Assembly: GCA_034521815.1 (NCBI GenBank)
Contig: JAXHLW010000012.1
Span: 64,001 to 128,000, forward strand
Source of the DNA: Trueperaceae bacterium
GTDB taxonomy: Bacteria > Deinococcota > Deinococci > Deinococcales > Trueperaceae
Direction: 5' to 3'
Length of the DNA stretch: 64,000 bases
Position numbers and translations under genes: made by a program. The notes beneath the pieces were generated by a model, which was not told the origin of the DNA, searched no databases, and saw nothing but the letters and a program-made list of their open reading frames with translations. Positions 1 to 7,726 of this stretch are shown here, one piece after another (positions within the stretch are counted from its first letter, which is position 1; the number at the start of each line of letters is the position of its first letter).

Positions 1-1358
1 GGGGTGACGAGGTCGTCGGCCCGCGTCTGCGCGGTCCGGGGCCGGTGCCGGCCGGCCACGATCCACGCCAGGTGGGCCACCAGGCTCCAGCCGCCGATCG
101 AGCCCACCGTCGCTGCGAGGCGCGCGAGTCCGAGAAGCTCCGGCGGCGGCGGCGCGGCGGCGTCGCCGTGGGCCAGCCGGACGCCGGCCAGGAGCAGCGA
201 CGCGGCCAGCAAGCAGCCGGCCGTGATCCATCCCAGCGCGGGGACCGTCATGTCGGCCAGCATCGGGATCGTGGTCGTGCGCGACGGATCGCGTCCCACG
301 AGCGGTGCGTAGCGGTGCTGCCAAGCGAGGAAGCCCACGATCTTGACCATCATTCCGCCGATGGCGAGCGCCAGACCGCCGGTCAGCAGCAACGCGATCG
401 CATCGGCCGGCCGTCCGAACGCCAGGAGCGTCCAGGCCGGCACGAACATGAGCACGCCGATCAGGAAGGTCGTCACGCCAACGTCGGTCCGCTTTCGCAT
501 CCGACGCGTCAGGATGGCGCGAACGTCGATGATCAACGCCGCCAACGCCACGCCCAGCGCGACGGTCACGCCGCGTGCGAGCCAGTCCGTCCCGCCGGCG
601 CCCGCGAACGACGTGGCCCGCCACGAGCCGGGCGTCCACGCCCCGATCGCCGCCAGCAGCACCGCCGCCCCGACCGCTCCAGAGACCCAGCGGAGCGGAC
701 GATCCGAGGCGCCGTGCGAGAGCACGAACATCGACAGCAGCTTGTGGCCCGCCCCCGCGATCGCCAGCACGAACGCGCCGATCAGCCCCAAGGTGAGGTG
801 CAGCGGGCGGACCGGACCCAGCGCCATGGCGACCCACGGAACGATCCGGCCCAGCGCGATCGCGGCGCCCAGCGCAACGGTGCCCCACAGCGCCGCTGCG
901 GAGGCGAGCACGGCTCCGGCGACCGCGTCCACGCGGCGGGCGGTCCGCACGGTCGCGACGAGATTGACCAGCAGGATCGTCGCGCCGATCAGCACCAGCG
1001 TGCCGCCGATCGCCAGCCATGCCGGCCGCGAGCCGGTCGCGAACCCGATGACGATCGCGAGCGAGCCTGCGCTGGACGTGGCCCACGTCGCGGCGCCCCA
1101 GCCCGGGGCGCACAACCGCGTGATCAGCAGCACCGGAACGAGCTGGTGCAACGCGCCGATCAGCACGCTGGCACCGAAGCCCAGCGTGAACACGTGAACG
1201 ATCGCCAGCACGCCCGGCACCGCGGGGTGGGCGAGGAGCAGTTCAGGTCGCAGCGCCAGCCCGGTCCAGAACGCCGCCAGGGACAGGGCGCCGACCGTCA
1301 TGAACCGTGCGGGAACGCTGAACGGAACGGCGTTGTCGCCACCCATCGCCCCCGTCAC
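1..1358 (-). CDS. Polytopic membrane protein of the type found with DUF2249 genes (heme-copper-oxidase-subunit-I-like/NnrS-like); 3' end runs off the window
   Basis: Not in the ORF track (no stop in window). Hand translation from GTG 1358 (GTGA overlap with the upstream stop) is open to position 1, with many TM segments and motifs HVFTLGF, LHQLVP, LHLTLGL, GHKLLSMF, KIVGFLAWQHRY. Confidence 0.75.
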   Translation of the reverse strand, partial: MTGAMGGDNAVPFSVPARFMTVGALSLAAFWTGLALRPELLLAHPAVPGVLAIVHVFTLGFGASVLIGALHQLVPVLLITRLCAPGWGAATWATSSAGSLAIVIGFATGSRPAWLAIGGTLVLIGATILLVNLVATVRTARRVDAVAGAVLASAAALWGTVALGAAIALGRIVPWVAMALGPVRPLHLTLGLIGAFVLAIAGAGHKLLSMFVLSHGASDRPLRWVSGAVGAAVLLAAIGAWTPGSWRATSFAGAGGTDWLARGVTVALGVALAALIIDVRAILTRRMRKRTDVGVTTFLIGVLMFVPAWTLLAFGRPADAIALLLTGGLALAIGGMMVKIVGFLAWQHRYAPLVGRDPSRTTTIPMLADMTVPALGWITAGCLLAASLLLAGVRLAHGDAAAPPPPELLGLARLAATVGSIGGWSLVAHLAWIVAGRHRPRTAQTRADDLVT

Positions 1359-1651
1359 GGCGCTTCGGACTCGGGGTCCCCGGCGTCCGCCTGGGCGCGC
1401 CGAATCGTCACGACGGCGTCGCCGTCCGGGCGTTCGTCGATCTCGAAGGTGGCGCCGCGAGCCTCGAGCTGGGGCAGCAGGTAGACCGGCACGCGGTCGT
1501 TGTGGATGGTCAGCCGCTGACCGGGCTCCAGCCGCTCGAACGCCTCGAGGGTGCGCACCATCGGGAGGGGCGGCTCGAGCCCGCGATTGTCGAGGAATAC
1601 CGTGGCGTCGCCGGTGTCGTCGCGAGGCCCGTGACCTGCATCGGACGTCAT
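1355..1651 (-). CDS. DUF2249 (TusA/SirA-like fold) protein
   Basis: LDNRGLEPPLPMVRTLEAFERL..G..L.IHNDRVPVYLLPQLEARG; leaderless ATG 1651 after TACCCT. Confidence 0.85.
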   Translation of the reverse strand: MTSDAGHGPRDDTGDATVFLDNRGLEPPLPMVRTLEAFERLEPGQRLTIHNDRVPVYLLPQLEARGATFEIDERPDGDAVVTIRRAQADAGDPESEAP

Positions 1652-1682
1652 GCGCCGAGGGTAGTCGCGGCGCGAATCCTGA

Positions 1683-1702
1683 GCCATGACCTCGGTCATG
1701 GC
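1683..1702. promoter_or_regulatory. CRP/FNR-type operator, copy 1, shared by divergent genes
   Basis: GCCATGAC-CTCG-GTCATGGC; centre 1692.5 is 41.5 bp from ATG 1651 (-) and 43.5 bp from ATG 1736 (+). Confidence 0.85.
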
Positions 1703-1735
1703 GCCCGCGCGGTGGCCGCCGCCATCCTCGGGCTC

Positions 1736-2037
1736 ATGACGGCTGCCGACCTCGACCGCTACGACGACGTCCGCGTCTCCGAGCTCCTCGAGGCTTCGCC
1801 CGAGGTGCTTCCGCTGCTGGTACGGCACGGCTTCGCGCCGCTTGGGAACGCGGCGATGCGCGCCGCGCTGGCGCCCACGGTGACGCTGGCGCAGGCCGTG
1901 CGCCTGCGCGGCCTGTCGGCGTCGGCGGCGCACCAGCTTCGGCGCGAGCTCGTCGAGCGTTCTGGCGCTCGACCTGCGCGGACGGCGCGTCGAACGAAAA
2001 CGCCACCGGGCATGCAGAGGTGGACGCGTGCCACTGA
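1736..2037 (+). CDS. DUF1858-like small protein (probable frameshift near the 3' end)
   Basis: VSELLEASPEVLPLLVRHGFAPLGNAAMRAALAPTVTLAQAVRLRG; the likely true end ...EVDACH* (TGA 2035-2037) is in another frame and overlaps the next start. Confidence 0.7.
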
Positions 2038-2352
2038 TCCGCACCGCCGAGCGGGCCCGGTTCCTCGACGCCGGTCCGTTCCCGCAGGCGCTGCAGGTCG
2101 GCGAGCGCCAAGCCGTGATGCTGCTCTGCCTGCAAGGCGCGCAGGAGCTCGTCGCGCCCAGCGACCGACCGGGCCGAGACGACCTTCGTCGTCCTGGACG
2201 GCGACGGCTTCGTGGTCGAGGGCGAGCGCCGGCACGCCGTCGAGGCGGGCGACGTGGTGCACGTCGCCGCCGGCATTCAGAAGGCGCTCGTCGCCGGCGC
2301 CGGGACGTTCACCGTCCTCGGCGTACGCTCCCTCTCCGCAGGCACGGACTGA
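2028..2352 (+). CDS. Cupin-domain protein, one frameshift near 2170
   Basis: MPLIRTAERARF...VMLLCLQGAQELVAP continues in the +1 frame as AETTFVVLDGDGFVVEGERRHAVEAGDVVHVAAGIQKALVA...GTD*. Confidence 0.75.
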
Positions 2353-2376
2353 AGTCCGGCCCGAAAGGACGTCCCC

Positions 2377-2613
2377 ATGTCCGACACCACCCTAGAGAGC
2401 ATCGACGTTCGTACCATCGCCCCACGCGACCGTCATCCGCTGCTGTTCCAGCGCTTCGACGCCCTCGCGTCCGGCCAGGCGTACGAGCTCGTGAACGACC
2501 ACGACCCGAAGCCGCTGTACTACCAGTTCCAGGCGGAGCGTCCCGGCGAGCTCGATTGGACCTACCTCGAGGAGGGACCCGAGGTGTGGCGCGTGCGTAT
2601 CGGCAAGCTCTGA
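2377..2613 (+). CDS. DUF2249 domain protein
   Basis: IDVRTIAPRDRHPLLFQRFDAL..G...ELVNDHDPKPLYYQF......W.YLEEGPEVWRVRIGK; AAGGA RBS. Confidence 0.92.
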   Translation: MSDTTLESIDVRTIAPRDRHPLLFQRFDALASGQAYELVNDHDPKPLYYQFQAERPGELDWTYLEEGPEVWRVRIGKL

Positions 2614-2631
2614 ACGGATGACCCGTACGAC

Positions 2632-2661
2632 GCGGCGCCGGCGAGATCTCGCCGGCGCCGC
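2632..2661. terminator. Perfect 30-bp palindrome after the DUF2249 gene, probable terminator
   Basis: GCGGCGCCGGCGAGA|TCTCGCCGGCGCCGC, 18 nt after the stop codon. Confidence 0.65.
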
Positions 2662-2728
2662 CGTCTCGAATCGGGCGTTCCTCGACGGTGCTACGATACG
2701 GACCGAGAGGACGTGGCACGCGACATTC

Positions 2729-3736
2729 ATGCCCATCCCGGCTCGATCGACCAGGACATGGCGGAAGAGGCTGAGAGGCGCGTTCGGCATCGTGGCTGCG
2801 GTCGTGGCCGTTGCCGTCGTGACGGGCTCGATCTTGCACGCGACGCTGTTCCGAGACGCATGGAAGCAGATCGAGCCGTACGGCCAGCTCGTCGACGTCG
2901 AAGACGGACGAATGCACGTCTATCGGATGGGAAACGGCGCCCGGACGATCGTCTTGTTGCCAGGTTTGGGTGTCGGGCTTCCGTCGGCCGACTTCGGGCC
3001 GCTGATGCGAAGGCTCAGCGAGACGTACACCGTCGCGACGGTCGAGTACTTCGGCGTGGGCTTCAGCAGCGAGACGTCGAGGCCGCGCACCGCCCGGAAC
3101 TATGTCGAAGAAACGAGAGTCGCGCTCCAGCGAGCGGGCCTCGGTCCCCCGTACGTGCTGATGCCTCACTCGATATCGAGCGTCTACAGCGAGTACTTCG
3201 CCGCGAGCTATCCGGAGGAGGTGGAAGCCGTCGTCTCGCTCGACGGTACGACGACCGCCCACTACGAAGAGATGCCGGCCATCGTGAAAGCCCTGCTTCC
3301 GGTCGCGAAGATTCAGCAAGCGATCGGTGCGACCTCGCTCATCGCGCCTCTGGTCATCGACAGGGCGAAGCTGCTCGCGAACGGCTATACGGAAAAGGAG
3401 ATCAGCGACATGATCGCGTTCGCGGGGTTCGCCCTGAACGACACGGTCTTGGAGCAGATTTCGAACTCGGCCGAGTTCATCGAACAGACGATGGACATGC
3501 CGTTTCCCGATTCGATCCCCTACTTCAAGGTCATCTCGAGGCAGAGCTATGAAACGTCGAACGCACAACTCGAGAACGCGAACATGACGCCGCAAGAATA
3601 CCATCAGCAGCATCTCGAGCGGATCGGCGAACACGCACAGTTCGAGGTGTTGGACGGGACGCATTTCATCTACCTCGGCAACGTCGGCCGGATTGCCGAG
3701 ATCACCGCTGAGCTCCTGCTCGAGGTGAAGCGCTAG
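2729..3736 (+). CDS. Alpha/beta-fold hydrolase with N-terminal membrane anchor
   Basis: TIVLLPGLG, PYVLMPHSISS nucleophile elbow, SLDG, C-terminal GTHFIY; visibly more AT-rich than its neighbours. Confidence 0.85.
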   Translation: MPIPARSTRTWRKRLRGAFGIVAAVVAVAVVTGSILHATLFRDAWKQIEPYGQLVDVEDGRMHVYRMGNGARTIVLLPGLGVGLPSADFGPLMRRLSETYTVATVEYFGVGFSSETSRPRTARNYVEETRVALQRAGLGPPYVLMPHSISSVYSEYFAASYPEEVEAVVSLDGTTTAHYEEMPAIVKALLPVAKIQQAIGATSLIAPLVIDRAKLLANGYTEKEISDMIAFAGFALNDTVLEQISNSAEFIEQTMDMPFPDSIPYFKVISRQSYETSNAQLENANMTPQEYHQQHLERIGEHAQFEVLDGTHFIYLGNVGRIAEITAELLLEVKR

Positions 3737-3750
3737 CAGCGTGTGCGGGC

Positions 3751-3780
3751 GCCTGACAAAATGGTGCCTGACAAAATGGT
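3751..3780. repeat. 15-bp tandem duplication
   Basis: GCCTGACAAAATGGT x2. Confidence 0.95.
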
Positions 3781-3798
3781 GCGTGGCTCGTGGAGCGC

Positions 3799-4197
3799 TT
3801 AGCTGCGCATCGGCCGCCTTGGCCGGAACAGGACCTCGACCCCGAGAGCCACGAAGCCCACGTTGGCCAGCCACGCCAGCCCACCCCAGGTCGCGAACCA
3901 GACCGGCCCCAGCCGGAATCCCCAGCCCAGCGTCATGCCGGTGACGGCGACGACGGTCGCGATCACCTGGATCAGGGCGAGCCCGGGACGACGGAACGGC
4001 ACGCCCCGGAACCGCGGGAGGGCGTGGTAGGCGACCCCTTGGATCATCAGCGTCACGAACCCCAGTGATTGCAGATGCGCGTGCGCCGGCCGCCATAGCG
4101 GCGTGAGCCAGCCGACGCCCATCGCCAGGCCCAACGTGGACCCGGTAAGGAACGCGACCAGCGCCGCGGCGATCGCGACGCGGCTGGCCGCGATCAC
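3799..4197 (-). CDS. Small 4-TM protein with a COX-subunit-I-like HAH motif
   Basis: PAHAHLQSLGFVTLMIQGVAYHALPRFRG; GTGA-coupled to the upstream cupin. Confidence 0.8.
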   Translation of the reverse strand: MIAASRVAIAAALVAFLTGSTLGLAMGVGWLTPLWRPAHAHLQSLGFVTLMIQGVAYHALPRFRGVPFRRPGLALIQVIATVVAVTGMTLGWGFRLGPVWFATWGGLAWLANVGFVALGVEVLFRPRRPMRS

Positions 4198-4517
4198 GCC
4201 GCTGCGGGTCCCGGCGTGATGATGCCGAGCACCAGGAAGCGTCCGTCGCCCGCCTGCGCGCCGTGGGGCGTGCCTGCGTCGCACGCGATCAGGGTGCCGG
4301 CCTGGGCTTGGAGCCGTCGGTCGCCGGCCCAGAGCTCGCCCTCGCCGTCCAGCGCCAGCAGGTGGACGCGCGGCTCGCCCCGCCCCGACACCTTCTGGCC
4401 CGCCTGCAGCGAGAACAGGACCAGCCGCGCCTCCGCGGTATCGCTCAGGATGCGGGTGCCGCGGCGCTCGCCGTACTCGGCCAGCGCGAGCAGGTCGACG
4501 CCTTCGAGCGGCGTCAT
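4194..4517 (-). CDS. Cupin-domain protein
   Basis: ARLVLFSLQAGQ...HLLALDGEG...AGTLIACDAGTPHG; ATGA-coupled. Confidence 0.8.
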   Translation of the reverse strand: MTPLEGVDLLALAEYGERRGTRILSDTAEARLVLFSLQAGQKVSGRGEPRVHLLALDGEGELWAGDRRLQAQAGTLIACDAGTPHGAQAGDGRFLVLGIITPGPAAA

Positions 4518-4741
4518 GCGTGCTCGCGCGGAAGCGCGCGCAGCTCGTCCAGCAGGGCGGCCACGTCCAGATCGGCGTCGTCGCACGCTTCGGCCAGCGT
4601 GGCGCTGCCGCCGCAGCAGGTGTCGATGCCGCGCTCCAGCAACAGGCCCGAGGCCTCGGGGACGAGGCGGAGAACGTCGTTCACGGTCGTGGTCGGCTCG
4701 AGGGCCGTCGAAGGCGTGGTGTCGATGCGTGGGGTGTCCAT
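4514..4741 (-). CDS. Stand-alone ScdA_N/DUF542 domain (the N-terminal domain of Ric/YtfE)
   Basis: TVNDVL...PEA...L...GIDTCCGGSATLAEAC....LD...LL.EL; no hemerythrin domain follows. Confidence 0.88.
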   Translation of the reverse strand: MDTPRIDTTPSTALEPTTTVNDVLRLVPEASGLLLERGIDTCCGGSATLAEACDDADLDVAALLDELRALPREHA

Positions 4742-4773
4742 GCGTGCAGCCTCGCCCGGATCGGGGTGGCTGG

Positions 4774-4791
4774 CCATGACCTCGGTCATGG
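4774..4791. promoter_or_regulatory. CRP/FNR-type operator, copy 2
   Basis: CCATGAC-CTCG-GTCATGG; centre 4782.5 is 41.5 bp upstream of ATG 4741 (-). Confidence 0.85.
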
Positions 4792-4855
4792 GCCGCGCCT
4801 GCCGCCCCGAGCGATCCGCTCCGCGGCACAGGTGGGAGGCGGCCGCTGGCAAACA

Positions 4856-4884
4856 TTGACAAGCATCGATGAATCGACTATCTT
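4856..4884 (+). promoter_or_regulatory. Sigma70-type promoter of the leaderless arsM-arsN gene
   Basis: TTGACA (4856)-17 bp-TATCTT (4879), ATG 6 nt later. Confidence 0.8.
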
Positions 4885-4890
4885 CGGTCT

Positions 4891-6114
4891 ATGAGCGACG
4901 AGCCACGCCCGACCCACCCCGTTCCCGACGTCGACGGCGAGCAGCTTCGCGCCGCCGTCCGTCGCCACTACGCCGCCCGCCTGAAGCAGGGCACGTGCTG
5001 CGGCACGGACACGCCGACATCGGACATGTTCGGCGTGCCGCTCGGTCTGGACGCTCCACCGGACGTCCCCACCTTCGGGTGCGGCGATCCGAACGCAGCG
5101 GCCTCGCTGCGCGAGGGCGAGACGGTGCTCGACCTGGGCAGCGGCGCGGGGTTCGACGCCTTCCGCGCGGCCGAGGCGGTCGGTCCTAGCGGCGAGGTGC
5201 TAGGTGTGGACATGACGCCGGCGATGCTGGCGCGGGCCAGGGACGGCGCCGCCCGGCTCGGCTATTCGCAGGTCCGCTTCCTGGAGGGCACGATCGAGCG
5301 GTTGCCGCTATCGGACGAAAGCGTGGACGTGGTGATCTCGAACTGCGTCGTGAACCTCTCAAGCGACGTTCCGCGCGTGCTGGACGAGGCTGCCCGGGTG
5401 CTCAGGCCCGGAGGACGGCTGCGGATCAGCGACACGTTCCGGGCGGGCTCGGTCCGGGCGATGCCCGATCATGAGACGTGGTGCACGTGCGAGGCGGGAG
5501 CGCACGATCCCGACCAGCTCGCCACCTTGGCGCGCGCCGCCGGGTTCGTCGACGTGTCGGTCGACGCGCCCCCGGCCGGAACCGAGGAGGGCGCCCTCTA
5601 CGGCGCGGTGCTCCACGGAACGAAGCCGACGATCGCGCCCTTGCGGGACGTCGACGCCGAGGTGGCGGCCCGGCTGCTGGCCGCATCCGGCCTGCCCCTC
5701 GCCGGCTGGTCCGCGCCGAACGTGGATCGCTGGGGAGCGTTCGACGGCCGCGCAGACGTCGACGACGGCGCAGAAGGTGGCCGCCTCGTCGGACTCGTCG
5801 CCCTCGAGACGCACGGCCGCCACGGGCTGCTTCGGTCGCTGACGGTCGTTCCCGAGGCGCGTGGACGGGGGCTGGCCACGTCGCTGGTCGCTCGCGCCCG
5901 TCGCGAAGCTCGGCGACGGAATCTCGAGACGTTGACGGGTCTGACGGAAACGATCCCCGACCTGCTCGTGCAGTGGGGATTTCACGAGGTGACGCGAGCG
6001 GACCTGCCGGACGCCCTGCGAGCGTCGCCTGAGCTGCAGGACGCCTGCCCCCAGAGCGCACGGGTGTTCACGGTCGACGCGCTGGCGCGGGACGAGACCC
6101 CGCTCGAGCGCTAG
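4891..6114 (+). CDS. arsM: Arsenite methyltransferase (ArsM-like) fused to an ArsN2-like GNAT acetyltransferase
   Basis: N-part: TCCG, FGCGDP, VLDLGSGAGFD, VISNCVVNL, WCTCEAGA. C-part: LAASGLP, GLLRSLTV..RGRGLA, LTET, ASPE....CPQSA. Confidence 0.8.
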   Translation: MSDEPRPTHPVPDVDGEQLRAAVRRHYAARLKQGTCCGTDTPTSDMFGVPLGLDAPPDVPTFGCGDPNAAASLREGETVLDLGSGAGFDAFRAAEAVGPSGEVLGVDMTPAMLARARDGAARLGYSQVRFLEGTIERLPLSDESVDVVISNCVVNLSSDVPRVLDEAARVLRPGGRLRISDTFRAGSVRAMPDHETWCTCEAGAHDPDQLATLARAAGFVDVSVDAPPAGTEEGALYGAVLHGTKPTIAPLRDVDAEVAARLLAASGLPLAGWSAPNVDRWGAFDGRADVDDGAEGGRLVGLVALETHGRHGLLRSLTVVPEARGRGLATSLVARARREARRRNLETLTGLTETIPDLLVQWGFHEVTRADLPDALRASPELQDACPQSARVFTVDALARDETPLER

Positions 6115-6217
6115 CTCGCGCCGGACGTGAGGCACGCCCCGCGGTCGAAGCCTACCGGGGCCCATCCGAACCGTACTGTCGGCGGCTGCGGCGTCGCGGA
6201 ACGGCTACCATGCCCCC

Positions 6218-6628
6218 ATGAACGACGAGGACCTTCGTCGCGCGGTCGGGGCCGGCGTGCGCGCGGCCTTGCCGGGCGTGCGCTGGCTCGCGTTGTTCGG
6301 CTCGCGGGCTCGCGGCGATGCGCGGCACGACAGCGATGTCGACGTCGCCGTCCTCGCCTGCGAGCCGATCGCTGAGGAGCGGTTGCGAGCCGTTAGGGGC
6401 GATCTCGAGATCGCCGTCGGACGCGACGTGCATCTGATCGACCTGCGGCGCGTGTCGACGGTGCTTCGCAGCCAGGTCGTGGCGGACGCCGACGTGCTGT
6501 TCGCGGCCGGTGACGCCGACAGCGAACAGTTCCTGGATTTCGTCCTATCGGACTACGCGCGGCTCAACGAGGAGCGCCGAGACATTCTGCGCGACGTTCA
6601 CGAACGGGGGAGCGTCCTTGGTGGATGA
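6218..6628 (+). CDS. mntA: MntA-type minimal nucleotidyltransferase antitoxin (type VII TA)
   Basis: LFGSRARGDARHDSDVDVAV (GSx10DxD); overlaps the HEPN gene. Confidence 0.88.
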   Translation: MNDEDLRRAVGAGVRAALPGVRWLALFGSRARGDARHDSDVDVAVLACEPIAEERLRAVRGDLEIAVGRDVHLIDLRRVSTVLRSQVVADADVLFAAGDADSEQFLDFVLSDYARLNEERRDILRDVHERGSVLGG

Positions 6629-7031
6629 CGTCGCCTTGAACAAGTGCGCGACGATCGAGCTCTGTCTCGCCAGGGTGCGTGAGGAGTACGGCGACGGAAC
6701 CGAGCTCGAGTCGGATCAGCGACGCCAGGACGCTCTGGTACTGAACCTGCTCAGGGCGTGCGAAACGGCGATCGACCTTGCGATGCACGCTGTTCGGAAG
6801 GCGTCGTTGGGCGTGCCGCAAAGCAGCCGGGACGCGTTCGGCTTGCTGGCGGAGGGCGGCCGCATCGCGCCGGATCTCGCCGAGGAGCTCAAGCGCATGG
6901 TGGGATTTCGGAACATCGCCGTCCATCGTTACCAGGACCTGGATCTCGACGTCTTACACGCCATCGTGCGGGAGAAGCTGCACGTGTTCGAGACGTTCGT
7001 GCGGACCCTGCTCCAGCCGCCGCGGCCGTGA
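6621..7031 (+). CDS. hepT: HepT/DUF86 HEPN ribonuclease toxin
   Basis: QDALVLNLLRACETAIDLAMH...MVGFRNIAVHRY (Rx4HxY). Confidence 0.9.
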   Translation: MDDVALNKCATIELCLARVREEYGDGTELESDQRRQDALVLNLLRACETAIDLAMHAVRKASLGVPQSSRDAFGLLAEGGRIAPDLAEELKRMVGFRNIAVHRYQDLDLDVLHAIVREKLHVFETFVRTLLQPPRP

Positions 7032-7083
7032 GGCGAATACGCGTGGAGGCTGCACGCGTCCGTCCCCGACCCCAGCGGATCGC

Positions 7084-7527
7084 TCAGCCCGCCCCGGCTC
7101 GACCGAGGCCGAGCCTCTTGTGCACCGCCAGCATGCAGGCGTCCTGGACCACGTCGATCCCGGCCTCGGCGAGCTGGCGTGCGACTTCGGCGTGACGGAT
7201 CCCCTGCTGCAGCCAGACCACCTTCGGAAGCGGCCGCATAGCCAGAATCTCCTCAGCGTGCGCGGGAAGGTTTTCGCTACGGCGGAAAACGTCGACGACG
7301 TCGATCGGCTCGTCGAGGTCGGTCACCTTGCCGCGTGGCGTCTCGCCGAACAGCTGCTGGTCGGTGTAGCGGGGGTTCACCGGCACGATCCGGTAGCCGT
7401 GCTCGCGTAGGTAGCGCGGCACGTAGTGGGCCGGTTTGCCGGGGTCGGGATGGGCGCCCAGCACGGCGACCGTGTGGGCGGTCTGGAGCACGGTCCGGAG
7501 CGCTTCGTCGCTGGTGAGCAAGGGCAT
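7084..7527 (-). CDS. CoA-binding protein (YccU-like)
   Basis: VAVLGA.....KPAHYVPRYL...GY.IVPVNP, IDVVDVFRRSE, VWLQQGI, VVQDACM. Confidence 0.9.
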   Translation of the reverse strand: MPLLTSDEALRTVLQTAHTVAVLGAHPDPGKPAHYVPRYLREHGYRIVPVNPRYTDQQLFGETPRGKVTDLDEPIDVVDVFRRSENLPAHAEEILAMRPLPKVVWLQQGIRHAEVARQLAEAGIDVVQDACMLAVHKRLGLGRAGAG

Positions 7528-7615
7528 CGCGTCTCCTTCCTTTCGCCAACGGGCCACGTCGGTCTGAACGCCGAGGTGGGCGTCCTCGGGCGGAGGCACC
7601 TGCACGATCCCTTCG

Positions 7616-7650
7616 AATTGACGCCAAATTCACGCCACGACGTTCATCCT
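7616..7650 (+). promoter_or_regulatory. 11-bp direct repeat upstream of a -10-like box
   Basis: AATTGACGCCA AATTCACGCCA (7616-7637), then CATCCT (7645-7650). Confidence 0.55.
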
Positions 7651-7726
7651 TACGTGTCCTGCCGCGCAGGTTCGCGGCGGCGGAGACGACGACCCGACCC
7701 TACCGCGTCACCGAAAGGAACCCCTC

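Noticed and set aside
4864-4882. ArsR-type operator within the arsM promoter spacer (CATCGATGAATCGACTAT)
   Set aside because: Only a weak imperfect dyad and no arsR nearby; plausible but not supportable from the sequence alone.
6218-7031. MntA/HepT as a novel defence system or island marker
   Set aside because: Canonical type VII TA pair with no integrase, att sites or other defence genes around it.
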